Positions 36,921 to 46,574 of a stretch of 64,000 nt of DNA are shown here, in pieces (position 1 is the first letter of the stretch; each line of letters begins with the position of its first letter). Source of the DNA: a bacterium UBP16_UBA6123 (GTDB taxonomy: Bacteria > Muiribacteriota > UBA9980); the NCBI GenBank assembly GCA_002423385.1, contig DIVV01000128.1, positions 87 through 64,086 on the forward strand. The letters are read 5' to 3'. The notes beneath the pieces were generated by a model, which had not been told where the DNA came from, ran no database searches, and saw only the letters and a program-made list of their open reading frames with translations. The position numbers and the translations under genes were made by a program.

Positions 36921-39900
36921 TGCTCATCATCGCCCTCAGAGTCGGCTGCACTCTTAGTCTTCCATTCACACGCCTTCAGCAGGTCATCCTTCTTAAAGTA
37001 AGTGTCGTAATAAACAAGGTCCCCGCCGCCCTTCTCAGGGTTACCGAATCTTGTATAGTTGTATGCGACACCATCATCGAGGTCAATTTCTATTTTCTTA
37101 TCGGCAAAGTGCTTCAACAACTCGTCATATTTACGAATTTCGACGATATGCTCATCGATTTCCTTGAGTCGTTTATCGTTCTGTTTTTTTTGTTTGGCGT
37201 CGCCGCTCTGCGATATGTTTTCGAGCGTGCGTTTTTCGGTTTCAAGTTTAACCAGCAACTGCAAGAGGTAATCAACTCTGATTTTAGCGAGCATTGACGG
37301 CGTGTAGCGATGCATGTAAATCAATACATTAAATGCCCGCTTCTTTCCTGAAGTAAATAGCCAGTAAATTGGTCGTTTTTGATAAGTCTGAAGGTGGTCG
37401 CGATAAAACTCGGTCAAGAAGTATTTACGGATTTTTTGGTCGGTAGATTCATTTGAGGTCTTGCCAAGTGCCTCAGCTATAAAATCAAGATTCTGGGTGA
37501 GGTTTTTCTCACCAAATGTTACTTTGACGAAGTCAATAAAACGAGCGACTATGTCGTCGTTGAACCATGCATCACCGAGGACCGGGATAATACCGTCGTC
37601 GTCAACTTGATAGGTTTTATAGTTGTCTTTGTTAAATTCGCCGCCTGCAAAGATAAGGCCTTCTTTATCGAGAGAATAACGTCCCATCATACAGCCGATT
37701 GCGTAAGATATAAAAGATTTTATTTCACGCTCTTTATCCGCTTTTCTGATAGTGACGTCTTTATCTTCAACTTCTGGCGTCATTTCATCCTGAAGACCAT
37801 AAATATCAATAAAAACGCGGTTTAACTCTTTTTCGTTTTTTTTGAGTTGATTAAACTGGTCTTCGGTAAAATTTTTCCAGTTTTCAAAAATTTCAGACAA
37901 AGTATGAATTGATGAAAAATTTAAAAACGGATGTTTTTCGAAGTCCCATGCAATTTCAAAAGAGTTCCATTCGTGACGTGAAATTTCAATGTTTTTTTTA
38001 CAAATTTCGCGAATTTCCTGGTTATGTTCAGATGAAAAAATAACAGGTATTTTTTTTATTTCTCCTGCTTGATAATTCAATGTCGGTGCAAGAATTTTTA
38101 CAATTTCTAATATTATTTTCGAATTAACAAGTGCTAAAGTATAATAATCACAATCACCATTAAATACTATTGATGGAGAAGCATCATCAAAAAAAACATC
38201 ACAATCATCGTATCTAAAGCTAATATTTAAAGAAGTTATTTTAGACCATACTATATGATGTAAATTATAATATTTCGAAGCCCCTAATCCACTTCCGTCG
38301 AATTTTTTTAATTCATAGGCATTATTATGCCATTTAATAACACTATCAAAGTTGCCGTACCATCTTCTAAATGCACCTCCTTTAGAGTATTTATTCCAAT
38401 TTCTATTATCAAAATCTTCTTTTGAAACTTCATACCAATATCTAATAAAACGATCATTGTTACCGGTAAATATACCTTTAATAATAGCTTTTGAATATTT
38501 TTCGAGACATGTATTATCATTAAAAACATTAATCATTTTTTTGCTTATCCAATACGCTATTGGGAAACCTGGGATTTTAGAAAATTCTGATGTTTTTAAA
38601 GAATATCTATATGTTACATCTGGATTGCCGATAGCTTCACGTGTTTTAATAGGTTGATTATCAGCCCCAGAAAAAGCACTTAATCTAATATAATCACCAT
38701 TAACATTAATCATTTTATTTTTAAATACATATGTGCATGCCGGAACACAAGCGGCTTCAAACGCATTATATTCTAATTGTATTAAAGATAAAATCGTTTT
38801 ATTTCCAATAATTTCTTTTCTTAGTTTTTCGTAAGATTGAATAAACATCCATACAAATGGTGTAACAAATCCCAAATATCCAGATTCTAAAGAAAAATCA
38901 AAACATCTTTCTATAAACGCTGAAAACAAATCTGTCTTTGTATTAGAATAATTTTTACCTAAAAACATAGAAATTTCAGGATTCATATATTTATTTCCAA
39001 CATAAGGAGGATTTGTAACCACACAGTGATATTTACTGTTCAATATATTAGCAATTAATGTAACCTTTTTCAGTATGACTGAGTTCAAGCATTGATACAT
39101 ATCTCCTGAGCTTTCCATCTGATTCAAGGCTTTTTCAATAGAATCTAAGTCTAAAGTTGGTATTTTAATTAAAGAACCGTATGTTTTAGAATTTAAAAAT
39201 TTTTCAATTAATAAATCAACTTTCGAGTTATTTACATCAATATTATTAGTTTCTACAAAACAATGAACATTCAGATAAGCGTTATCATCAAATATTTTAT
39301 GAGTCTTTGACCTTGCTTTCATTAATATAGAAAAGCAAGATAATTGGATGGCGCGTTCATCTATATCAAGCCCATAAAGGTTATTTTTTAAAATTATTTT
39401 GGGTATTTCGCGTTCAATATAGCCGGATTCTTTATACATTTCAAATAACAAATCAAAAGCATAAACAAGGATATGTCCCGAGCCACAAGCGGGGTCAAGA
39501 AACTTAATTTCTTCTGGTTTAATACTGTTAAAAGCATTAGCCTTAATTTCTTTTTTTTCTTCATCAGTAAGGTTTCTCGGCTCAATATAAAATTCCATTT
39601 TAGAACGTAAATTTGAATCTGGGTAAGCCTCTAACCATAAACGCCCAAGTGTGTTATCTACCATATACCTGACCATCCAGTCAGGAGTATAGAGTTGCGT
39701 TACTGTTGGAATTTCATTGTTTTTATATTTCTTTTTCGCTTTTATTAGTTCGTCTTTTCTTTCGAACATGTAGAACTGATACATCCAGCCGATAATTTCA
39801 ACATTTTTCCAGTCTTCCTCGGGTATTTCAGATACAAGGTCGCGAACGATAGACCCTTCATTTAAAAGACCGTCGGGAAGCAATAATTCGGTATAATCTC

Positions 39901-40420
39901 TTGAATCGTCAATCTTTTCAAACATAAAAGGCATCCAGCTATGGAGCTGATTGCACTTGGCGATTATAAGCATTCTATAAAGTTCTTCGGTCCTGGATTC
40001 ATCCTTTAACTTCGCTACCTTCGCAGAATCGATGCCAGGTAGGTCAAGCGATTCGGCATGAATGATAATATCCGGGTCATGACGGCCTTCGGTGCTCGAT
40101 GACAGGACACGCTCGATATATCCGTTGCACTCCATGAAACGCAGCGCGATAAGCCTGTTAAACCAGGTATAAGCTACTTCTTCAACAGCCTGCTCGAACC
40201 CCTTTGATTTAACGGAGTTATTAAGGTTTTCCCATTTAACTTTTATCTGTCGATTGTAAGTTTTGCCGTTAATCGTTATCGAATCACCAGTAGTAGTGAC
40301 CGTTTTAAGATTCTGAGCGGCATCTTCCGTAATGCTATAAAAGTGCGCCCTGGTCTTTATCTGATTTATGAGCTTCTGTCTGGCGCTTATGGCAAATCTT
40401 TTCAATATCGACGTATCCAT
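36917..40420 (-). CDS. pglX: BREX N6-adenine DNA methyltransferase PglX
   Basis: 1167 aa; AYTWFNRLIALRFME, FLDPACGSGHILVYAFD (motif I) and VVTNPPYVG (motif IV). Confidence 0.85.
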   Translation of the reverse strand: MDTSILKRFAISARQKLINQIKTRAHFYSITEDAAQNLKTVTTTGDSITINGKTYNRQIKVKWENLNNSVKSKGFEQAVEEVAYTWFNRLIALRFMECNGYIERVLSSSTEGRHDPDIIIHAESLDLPGIDSAKVAKLKDESRTEELYRMLIIAKCNQLHSWMPFMFEKIDDSRDYTELLLPDGLLNEGSIVRDLVSEIPEEDWKNVEIIGWMYQFYMFERKDELIKAKKKYKNNEIPTVTQLYTPDWMVRYMVDNTLGRLWLEAYPDSNLRSKMEFYIEPRNLTDEEKKEIKANAFNSIKPEEIKFLDPACGSGHILVYAFDLLFEMYKESGYIEREIPKIILKNNLYGLDIDERAIQLSCFSILMKARSKTHKIFDDNAYLNVHCFVETNNIDVNNSKVDLLIEKFLNSKTYGSLIKIPTLDLDSIEKALNQMESSGDMYQCLNSVILKKVTLIANILNSKYHCVVTNPPYVGNKYMNPEISMFLGKNYSNTKTDLFSAFIERCFDFSLESGYLGFVTPFVWMFIQSYEKLRKEIIGNKTILSLIQLEYNAFEAACVPACTYVFKNKMINVNGDYIRLSAFSGADNQPIKTREAIGNPDVTYRYSLKTSEFSKIPGFPIAYWISKKMINVFNDNTCLEKYSKAIIKGIFTGNNDRFIRYWYEVSKEDFDNRNWNKYSKGGAFRRWYGNFDSVIKWHNNAYELKKFDGSGLGASKYYNLHHIVWSKITSLNISFRYDDCDVFFDDASPSIVFNGDCDYYTLALVNSKIILEIVKILAPTLNYQAGEIKKIPVIFSSEHNQEIREICKKNIEISRHEWNSFEIAWDFEKHPFLNFSSIHTLSEIFENWKNFTEDQFNQLKKNEKELNRVFIDIYGLQDEMTPEVEDKDVTIRKADKEREIKSFISYAIGCMMGRYSLDKEGLIFAGGEFNKDNYKTYQVDDDGIIPVLGDAWFNDDIVARFIDFVKVTFGEKNLTQNLDFIAEALGKTSNESTDQKIRKYFLTEFYRDHLQTYQKRPIYWLFTSGKKRAFNVLIYMHRYTPSMLAKIRVDYLLQLLVKLETEKRTLENISQSGDAKQKKQNDKRLKEIDEHIVEIRKYDELLKHFADKKIEIDLDDGVAYNYTRFGNPEKGGGDLVYYDTYFKKDDLLKACEWKTKSAADSEGDDEQ

Positions 40421-40437
40421 TACATGACCACCTTAAT

Positions 40438-43400
40438 TTAAACAATTTCTATGCGTTTATTATTTTTGATATGCTGTTCCAGATTGATTTTGAGTTCTGA
40501 AATATAATCTTCGACATCCTGTTGAGTCTCCAAATACATTTTTTTAGTCAGCGCTTTAGGGCTCACTGGTATGGTTTGCTTTAAAATAACCTTTTTTAAC
40601 TCAGGACCGGCACCGACGGAATTACCTCCAGAAGCTGGAGTAACATGTTTTTTTTGAATACTTTCAATTACATCATTGATAAACTGCTTGGAATCGGTTA
40701 TCAGATTTTTAATATCGCTTTGACGAGCAATCAGCGAATCAAGCGTCTGAGAGTTGTTTATCGAGCATTCCAGTATATCGAATTTATTAACGATGGGGTC
40801 ATTTGAAACATCCTTAACCCCTAATTCTTCCCAATTGATTATGAAATCTTTGCGTGCTTTACCTAGAGCACCTGCAACAACTTTCATCTTCTCTTCTATC
40901 AACCTGGAAATATGTTCTTTGATACTTTTACAAATATCCGATAACCTGGGAATATTTGAATACGGCGAAGGCATATTCAATATCTTTTTTAACTCTGAAA
41001 TCTTACTTAGTACCGCTTCATCGCTTATATGAATGATATTGCTTTCAGCTATTTCCCTGCATTCGAGGGCGTCATCGAAATGCCGGCGCTGCGAGGCAAA
41101 AAAACCTTCAATAACGCTCATGTCATCGATGTGGTCTTTAAAATCATCGAACCTGGAAGTTATGCAAGCGAATAACTCGGCCATATCCTTAATTTGAAGC
41201 GCATCTGATAGAAGTTCAATGCCGGCTTCAATCATTTTCAAGCAGGGGTAACGATTCTTTTCAGATTCGTATTTAAATTCTTTGAGCGCTACGTGCTTGC
41301 CCTCAAACTCAGTTTTCAGCAGTTCGAATAATTCCGCCTCTTCTGATGGAACATTTACCTTTTTAAAATAATCACGGTATAACTGCTGGGCGTTCAATAC
41401 ATCTTTCGGAGACGATTTCTTTTTAACCGATATTACATACTTTTCAAACATATTCTGATTAAGAATCTTATCGGCCAGGTCTTTTTCTGTGTGACTGACG
41501 GTTTCAGAATCTTTGAATAGAATTATTTCGCCTTTCCGCAAAAGGGTGGCCATTACTCCCGCTATATCGACATTCGGCCATCCATATGGCTTTAATGAAA
41601 ATTTTTCGTATAAGGTTTTCAATGTAACTTTAAAGTTTATATGAGCCTTCATATTGATGAAGTCTAACATTTCCTTTCTGGCAAGGCTGTTCACTTCCTT
41701 GCCGTCAAGGTCTGTCTGAACAAATTCATTCGCCGTCAGTATCCGTTTGATGTCTTTTTCGTCCTTCAAAAATAATGTTATATAAGATAATTTCGTATAG
41801 ACGTTAGTTATAAGTTTTTCAAGACCATTATTGATGGCCAGTTTCACATCCTTAAGCTTAACTTCGAATTTTTCGTTGCAGACGTAGTAATCTGCGCCGG
41901 CAACCAATCCGACCAGCATATTTTTGATACGGGTTTTGCGGTTGGTATTGTCCTGCGCCTTCGACTCAAGAATCTTTTTTATTGAATCGGGAAGAGACAT
42001 CGAATTCTTTGTCCTGATATATTTTTCAGTTTTTAGCATCTCCGAAATTTCATCTATAAAGAAGCTGTCTCTGGCTATCTTAATCAGAAGTGTCGAATTA
42101 TCGGCAGTTTCATATAAGCATTTAAGGTCGTTAAATAACTGATAGTCATCATGATGCGGGGTAACGATTTTAATCGTGATGTCATTCTGCTGATGACCGT
42201 GCGCCACATCATCAACTAATCTATTAAATGAATAATCTTTGATGTTTTTATAACGGTATTTTTTATCCGAGTAAACCTCATTCCACATCAAATCATTAAT
42301 ATAGTTGGTGACTTCGCGTTCATCGTAAGTCACCTTTTTAATTTCTCTGCTTACATCCTGTTCTTCATCGGTAAGGAAGTAGTATTCATCGTTATTACGC
42401 TGAATCAGAGTCTGTTTTTCAAGCCGGTCGAGAGCGGCCTCGATGTTTTTTCTTAACTGGAGCTTGTCCTGGTCAATTTCGGAGCATGAAAGCGTCGTAA
42501 TATTATCAATGTTCGGCTTTATCTCTTTTATGTATTTAATCATGAACAGGGTCTTTAAAATTTCGACGTCAAAATCCTTAAGTTTCGAATTGCCGGCGGC
42601 CTGCATGATAACGCGCTTAATAGCGGCATCCAGAAAACCTTCTATGGCCGAATAAAATGTGTAGAACGGAACCAGGATGTCGGGCGTTCTGTCCTTGTAA
42701 ACACACGCGGCAACCTGGAACGAATCGAGCATCGAGCGTTCGCCCTGCGAGAGGTGCTTGCCTGACGCTCCGGTTCGCCTTATGGCTTCGAATACCCTTT
42801 GAAGAAGCGTGAACTGATAAGGAACGAACGGGTATGCAGTAACGAAATCTTCCGACGAACTATAATTCTTAAGCTCAACCGTAGTATTCTGAGAAAAGCA
42901 TAGCTGGCTCTTTAAGGTCGGTTCCTTTTCCTTATAGATGTCCGTCAATTCCGAAACCGCCTCCGGCTTCTTAGTTAAAAGCCTTTTTTTAATTACCTCG
43001 TCGGTATTTGCGCTCGACAGATTCAGGCGAGTGTTAAAACGCCCCTGTATCTTGGAAAAATCCATATCTCTTATTCTTCCGACCAGCGAGTCAATATCGT
43101 CCTGAGCAGTAACGATAACCCAGGCATTGCCGCCGCACTTTATACCAAGGTCTTCGACGACGGTCTGTAAATTCAACATCAGGTTCGGGTTGTCGGCAAT
43201 ATACTGGCCGACTTCGTCGACTAAAAAGATTACCCGGTGGTTCTTTCCTTTAGCCTTAATGTGCTTACTGACGAGCTCCGCAAACTTGCTTATGGATTCT
43301 TTATACCAGTCATCCAATTTATCCAGCCACCGATGAGCCGATTCAGAGGTCATGCCGAACGCTTTAATGAGAGAATCGACGATTTCGTCCTGAATCAAAA

Positions 43401-44001
43401 AGAAGGAGGAACGAGATTCCTCCCATGACTCACCGTGAACCTGAGTAAATATTTTTTTAAATTCTTCGTACTTTCCTTCACCATCGAGCATTCTTTCGAA
43501 TTCGGCAACCTGAGGCAGCTCGCCGCAATAACCGCATTTTTCATTGAAGACTTTCAGAAATACGCTTACTATAGCATCTTTCTTGCTTTTAGAATCGGAG
43601 TCAGCCTTGCTGTCGATGTTGAAAAGAATGACGTCGGATGAAGACTGACTGCAAACTTTCAACTGCCCATAAAGCATCTGGTCGGCGACTTTATCCTTAA
43701 AGAAATCAAGCGCCTGCTTGCTTTTTGCCTCACGATTTTCGAGCAGGTAAGATAAAATTTTTAAGAGGTGCGATTTACCGGAACCAAAGAAGCCGCTAAT
43801 CCAGACGCCAATCTTGTCTGTAGGTCTCTGAAGCGAAGAGGTATAAAACTCATAAAATTTATGAAATATTTTATCGAGCTCTTTTGTAATTACATATTCA
43901 TCGAGTTCCTGAAATATGTTTTCGCTATCGTCCTGTCCGACCTTGATAACGCCGTTGATATTTCTCGTTATATCCTTCTGGAATAGGTCTTTAATATTCA
44001 T
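40438..44001 (-). CDS. brxC: BREX P-loop ATPase BrxC/PglY
   Basis: 1187 aa; N-terminal Walker A GFFGSGKSHLLKILSYLL; size and position between brxB and pglX. Confidence 0.8.
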   Translation of the reverse strand: MNIKDLFQKDITRNINGVIKVGQDDSENIFQELDEYVITKELDKIFHKFYEFYTSSLQRPTDKIGVWISGFFGSGKSHLLKILSYLLENREAKSKQALDFFKDKVADQMLYGQLKVCSQSSSDVILFNIDSKADSDSKSKKDAIVSVFLKVFNEKCGYCGELPQVAEFERMLDGEGKYEEFKKIFTQVHGESWEESRSSFFLIQDEIVDSLIKAFGMTSESAHRWLDKLDDWYKESISKFAELVSKHIKAKGKNHRVIFLVDEVGQYIADNPNLMLNLQTVVEDLGIKCGGNAWVIVTAQDDIDSLVGRIRDMDFSKIQGRFNTRLNLSSANTDEVIKKRLLTKKPEAVSELTDIYKEKEPTLKSQLCFSQNTTVELKNYSSSEDFVTAYPFVPYQFTLLQRVFEAIRRTGASGKHLSQGERSMLDSFQVAACVYKDRTPDILVPFYTFYSAIEGFLDAAIKRVIMQAAGNSKLKDFDVEILKTLFMIKYIKEIKPNIDNITTLSCSEIDQDKLQLRKNIEAALDRLEKQTLIQRNNDEYYFLTDEEQDVSREIKKVTYDEREVTNYINDLMWNEVYSDKKYRYKNIKDYSFNRLVDDVAHGHQQNDITIKIVTPHHDDYQLFNDLKCLYETADNSTLLIKIARDSFFIDEISEMLKTEKYIRTKNSMSLPDSIKKILESKAQDNTNRKTRIKNMLVGLVAGADYYVCNEKFEVKLKDVKLAINNGLEKLITNVYTKLSYITLFLKDEKDIKRILTANEFVQTDLDGKEVNSLARKEMLDFINMKAHINFKVTLKTLYEKFSLKPYGWPNVDIAGVMATLLRKGEIILFKDSETVSHTEKDLADKILNQNMFEKYVISVKKKSSPKDVLNAQQLYRDYFKKVNVPSEEAELFELLKTEFEGKHVALKEFKYESEKNRYPCLKMIEAGIELLSDALQIKDMAELFACITSRFDDFKDHIDDMSVIEGFFASQRRHFDDALECREIAESNIIHISDEAVLSKISELKKILNMPSPYSNIPRLSDICKSIKEHISRLIEEKMKVVAGALGKARKDFIINWEELGVKDVSNDPIVNKFDILECSINNSQTLDSLIARQSDIKNLITDSKQFINDVIESIQKKHVTPASGGNSVGAGPELKKVILKQTIPVSPKALTKKMYLETQQDVEDYISELKINLEQHIKNNKRIEIV

Positions 44002-44026
44002 GGTTCCTCCAGTAATAGGTCCTCTG

Positions 44027-44599
44027 TTATTTGACGAGCTGAAATGCTCGGTAATAATTGTCGTCTTTAATCAAACCGAAAAGCCTTAATTCCTTGCAGT
44101 CGTACATCCCCGGGAAGAACGCCACAAGCGGAATTTTATCAAACACATGATGAAGATTATTCAGGATGGTATGCGACCTGACGAGCGGCCAGGCAGAACC
44201 TATTCCCGTCAAAAAAACAAGTTTATGAGTGCTTTCATCATAGGCAGCTTTAATTTTATCTATAACCGCTTCCGGTTTTACTATCGGCTTCATTGCTTTG
44301 TGAAGGGCTTCTTTCCCCTTCTTTTTTTCCATATCAAAGCATTTGTCAAGCAGCTTTTTCTCCTGTAATATTTCGAGGATGATGTCGTATATGCTGATGT
44401 TTAAAATAACGACCTCGGGTCTTACTTTTTTCATCTGTTTAATAAGAAATTCGGTATGCCTGCGAACTATGCCTTCATATTTCGGCTCGTAGTCGAAGAT
44501 ATAAAAACCGATTTCATTCCCGATTCCTCTGTTCTTCAGGAAATTATCCTCTTTAATGATGTCTAGTATTTTATCGAGGCGCTCTTCAATCTTACCCAT
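44027..44599 (-). CDS. brxB: BREX protein BrxB (DUF1788-like)
   Basis: 190 aa; ...RGIGNEIGFYIFDYEPKYE... typical BrxB N-terminus; between brxA and brxC. Confidence 0.6.
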   Translation of the reverse strand: MGKIEERLDKILDIIKEDNFLKNRGIGNEIGFYIFDYEPKYEGIVRRHTEFLIKQMKKVRPEVVILNISIYDIILEILQEKKLLDKCFDMEKKKGKEALHKAMKPIVKPEAVIDKIKAAYDESTHKLVFLTGIGSAWPLVRSHTILNNLHHVFDKIPLVAFFPGMYDCKELRLFGLIKDDNYYRAFQLVK

Positions 44600-44604
44600 G
44601 CTCT

Positions 44605-45273
44605 CTACCTTATCAAAAAATATTTTCGATACGCATCATCACGGTTGCGCTGGATTTCATCTATCAACACCTTCGGCACCATGACGTTCAGTATCCGATA
44701 ATCGCTCTTTTCTTTTTTCAAGTACCCCGACTCCATCGCCATCTTCAACAATACCTGCTTAACCTTCTTCATAGTGGATTCAGTCCATGTGGTGACCTTA
44801 TCGTCCTGCTCCTTCTTATGCGCGAGCCAGATGTCTACTTCGGGAATCCTCAATAGCGGTTCCATTAACAGTAGCTTTTCGTATAGCAGCTCCGCCATGA
44901 ACTCCCGTAATAGCCTGTATCTGACTAGCAGGGCATAAAACAATATCAGCCTGGACGTTTCGGTATCAGACTCATCGATTAGTTTTACGCAATCAGCTGG
45001 AAGAAGGGATAAACGAAGTTTAACTTCGGCAAGATGCTTGAGGTTGGTGTTCTTTTTATCGCACTGAAAGGCATTGCGGTTAATGACTTCGTCGCGTATC
45101 GAACCGTCGTCATACCCTGCGCAAACCATCTTGACGACTATCCGCGTTTCCCGGTAGAGAAAGGGATTGCCGGTCATGGTCGCCGTATATTCAGTGATTT
45201 CATTAGTTTTCATAACAAACACCTTCGCAATTTCTATTGGGAATATTATATTATAAATAAGCTTATTTATCAA
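44605..45273 (-). CDS. brxA: BREX protein BrxA (DUF1819-like)
   Basis: About 200 aa, first gene of the operon; true start probably the internal Met at about 45213 (MKTNEITEYTATMTGNPFLYRETR). Confidence 0.55.
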   Translation of the reverse strand: MINKLIYNIIFPIEIAKVFVMKTNEITEYTATMTGNPFLYRETRIVVKMVCAGYDDGSIRDEVINRNAFQCDKKNTNLKHLAEVKLRLSLLPADCVKLIDESDTETSRLILFYALLVRYRLLREFMAELLYEKLLLMEPLLRIPEVDIWLAHKKEQDDKVTTWTESTMKKVKQVLLKMAMESGYLKKEKSDYRILNVMVPKVLIDEIQRNRDDAYRKYFLIR

Positions 45274-45302
45274 TAAAAATTTTCTGTCACGAGGTATCCA
45301 CT

Positions 45303-45770
45303 TTAGCAGGCGAGCTTATCCAGAGCGTCGGCTAATTTAATCAGCTTAGCGGAGTATGCCAGATGCTTAATGACGGCATCCAGGTCGCGTGAGGCTTTAG
45401 GAGCCGCAACCTTAACAGCGACTTTTTCTTTTCTCGACTTGCCGGCTCTGGTGGCCCTGGTGACTACGAGCTTAGATGAGACTTTGAACTTGCGACCTTC
45501 AGGCTTAACCTTTTTAGTTTTAACGGCCTTTTCTTTTTTTACTTTTTCGGGTTTCTTATCACTGCCGGCGGAAGTTAAAACCGCTTTCTTCAGCTTCGGC
45601 CGTCTCTTAACTTTAGGAACGTTTCCGAACTCTTCCTTTATTATGGAAGCTATAGTCGAGCGGCGCTCGTCGGTAAATTCGACTTTACCGGAAAATACTT
45701 CTTCTGGAAGTCCAAAGAAGGTCTTTAACGAACCCGTAACTGAGAAGGGCGTTATCTTTAAAGAGCCCAA
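45303..45770 (-). CDS. Lysine-rich histone H1-like / basic DNA-binding protein
   Basis: 155 aa; central KKxK/AKxK low-complexity region (about 35% Lys) flanked by short structured ends; immediately upstream of brxA on the same strand. Confidence 0.4.
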   Translation of the reverse strand: MGSLKITPFSVTGSLKTFFGLPEEVFSGKVEFTDERRSTIASIIKEEFGNVPKVKRRPKLKKAVLTSAGSDKKPEKVKKEKAVKTKKVKPEGRKFKVSSKLVVTRATRAGKSRKEKVAVKVAAPKASRDLDAVIKHLAYSAKLIKLADALDKLAC

Positions 45771-45879
45771 GACAGTTCACTCGAGACGGTATCTATAAGT
45801 CCGCTATAAAAACACCTTAAAACGGCCTTTAAAACCCGCATAAACATATTGCGAATTTTCGGAAATTTACCTTTTTAGA

Positions 45880-46266
45880 ATGGACTCATCTATACCTGAG
45901 CCCATAATAGGATTATTAGAGCAGTATCGAATGGAGCAGAACGGACACAGGGAAAAGGTAGGCTCTTTATGGCACGCGAGTGACCTTCTCTTTACTCAAT
46001 GAGACGGAACTCCGATGTATCCGGACTCCGTATCAAGATGGTTCGGCCGCCTGATTCGGGCGCACAACCTGCCTCACATCCGCTTTCATGACCTACGGCA
46101 TACTGCGGCCTCGATGATGATATCGAAAGGCATCGATATCAAGACCGTCAGCGGCATTCTGGGCCACGCCGACATCAAGACCACGCTTAACATATACGCC
46201 CACGTATTCGATTACAAGAAAGCAGAAGCCGCCGAAAAGATGGCGGAGCTGATAAAATTATCTTAA
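45880..46266 (+). pseudogene. Tyrosine recombinase/integrase C-terminal fragment with in-frame TGA
   Basis: ...LEQYRMEQNGHREKVGSLWHASDLLFTQ*DGTPMYPDSVSRWFGRLIRAHNLPHIRFHDLRHTAASMMISKGIDIKTVSGILGHADIKTTLNIYAHV (R...HxxR...Y catalytic region). N-terminal domains absent; TGA at 46000-46002. Confidence 0.6.
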
Positions 46267-46399
46267 CTGAGCGGGCGTGAAATAACTCGTCAAAAGGCCA
46301 TTTTTAAGACATCCTCAAAACCGTTGAAAATCAATCACTTTCAAAGCGTGGTCCCCAATTTGTGCCCAATTCCCAAAAATTATTAAAAAAAGAGTTTCG

Positions 46400-46437
46400 T
46401 ATAAAAACCAAAAACCCCCGCTTTCGCGAGGGTTTTG
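46400..46437 (-). terminator. Rho-independent terminator downstream of tRNA-Thr
   Basis: Hairpin ACCCCCGC-TTTC-GCGAGGGT (one mismatch) followed on the minus strand by UUUUUGGUUUUU. Confidence 0.45.
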
Positions 46438-46441
46438 TAGA

Positions 46442-46514
46442 AGCCAACCACGGGAGTCGAACCCGCGACCTGCGGTTTACGAAACCGCTGCTCTACCAAC
46501 TGAGCTAAGTTGGC
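46442..46514 (-). tRNA. tRNA-Thr (anticodon CGU)
   Basis: GCCAACTTAGCTCAGTTGGTAGAGCAGCGGTTTCGTAAACCGCAGGTCGCGGGTTCGACTCCCGTGGTTGGCT folds as a cloverleaf with 7-bp acceptor, GTTCGACTC T-loop and anticodon loop TTCGTAA. Confidence 0.85.
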
Positions 46515-46574
46515 TGGTTGAACTAATTATATCATAAGTAAAAAAAAAATTCAACTATTTTTTTTGAAATATTT

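Larger units (their letters stand above)
22535..46441. mobile_element. About 24 kb tRNA-Thr-associated genomic island carrying a type 1 BREX system and accessory defence genes; integrase decayed
   Basis: Flanked by an intact tRNA-Thr plus adjacent tyrosine-recombinase pseudogene on one side and a tRNA 3'-half repeat on the other. Lower GC than flanking core. Confidence 0.55.

Noticed and set aside
45370-45798. 142-aa plus-strand ORF antisense to the lysine-rich protein gene
   Set aside because: It is the antisense frame of a low-complexity gene; its serine/leucine/threonine-rich composition is typical of a shadow ORF.
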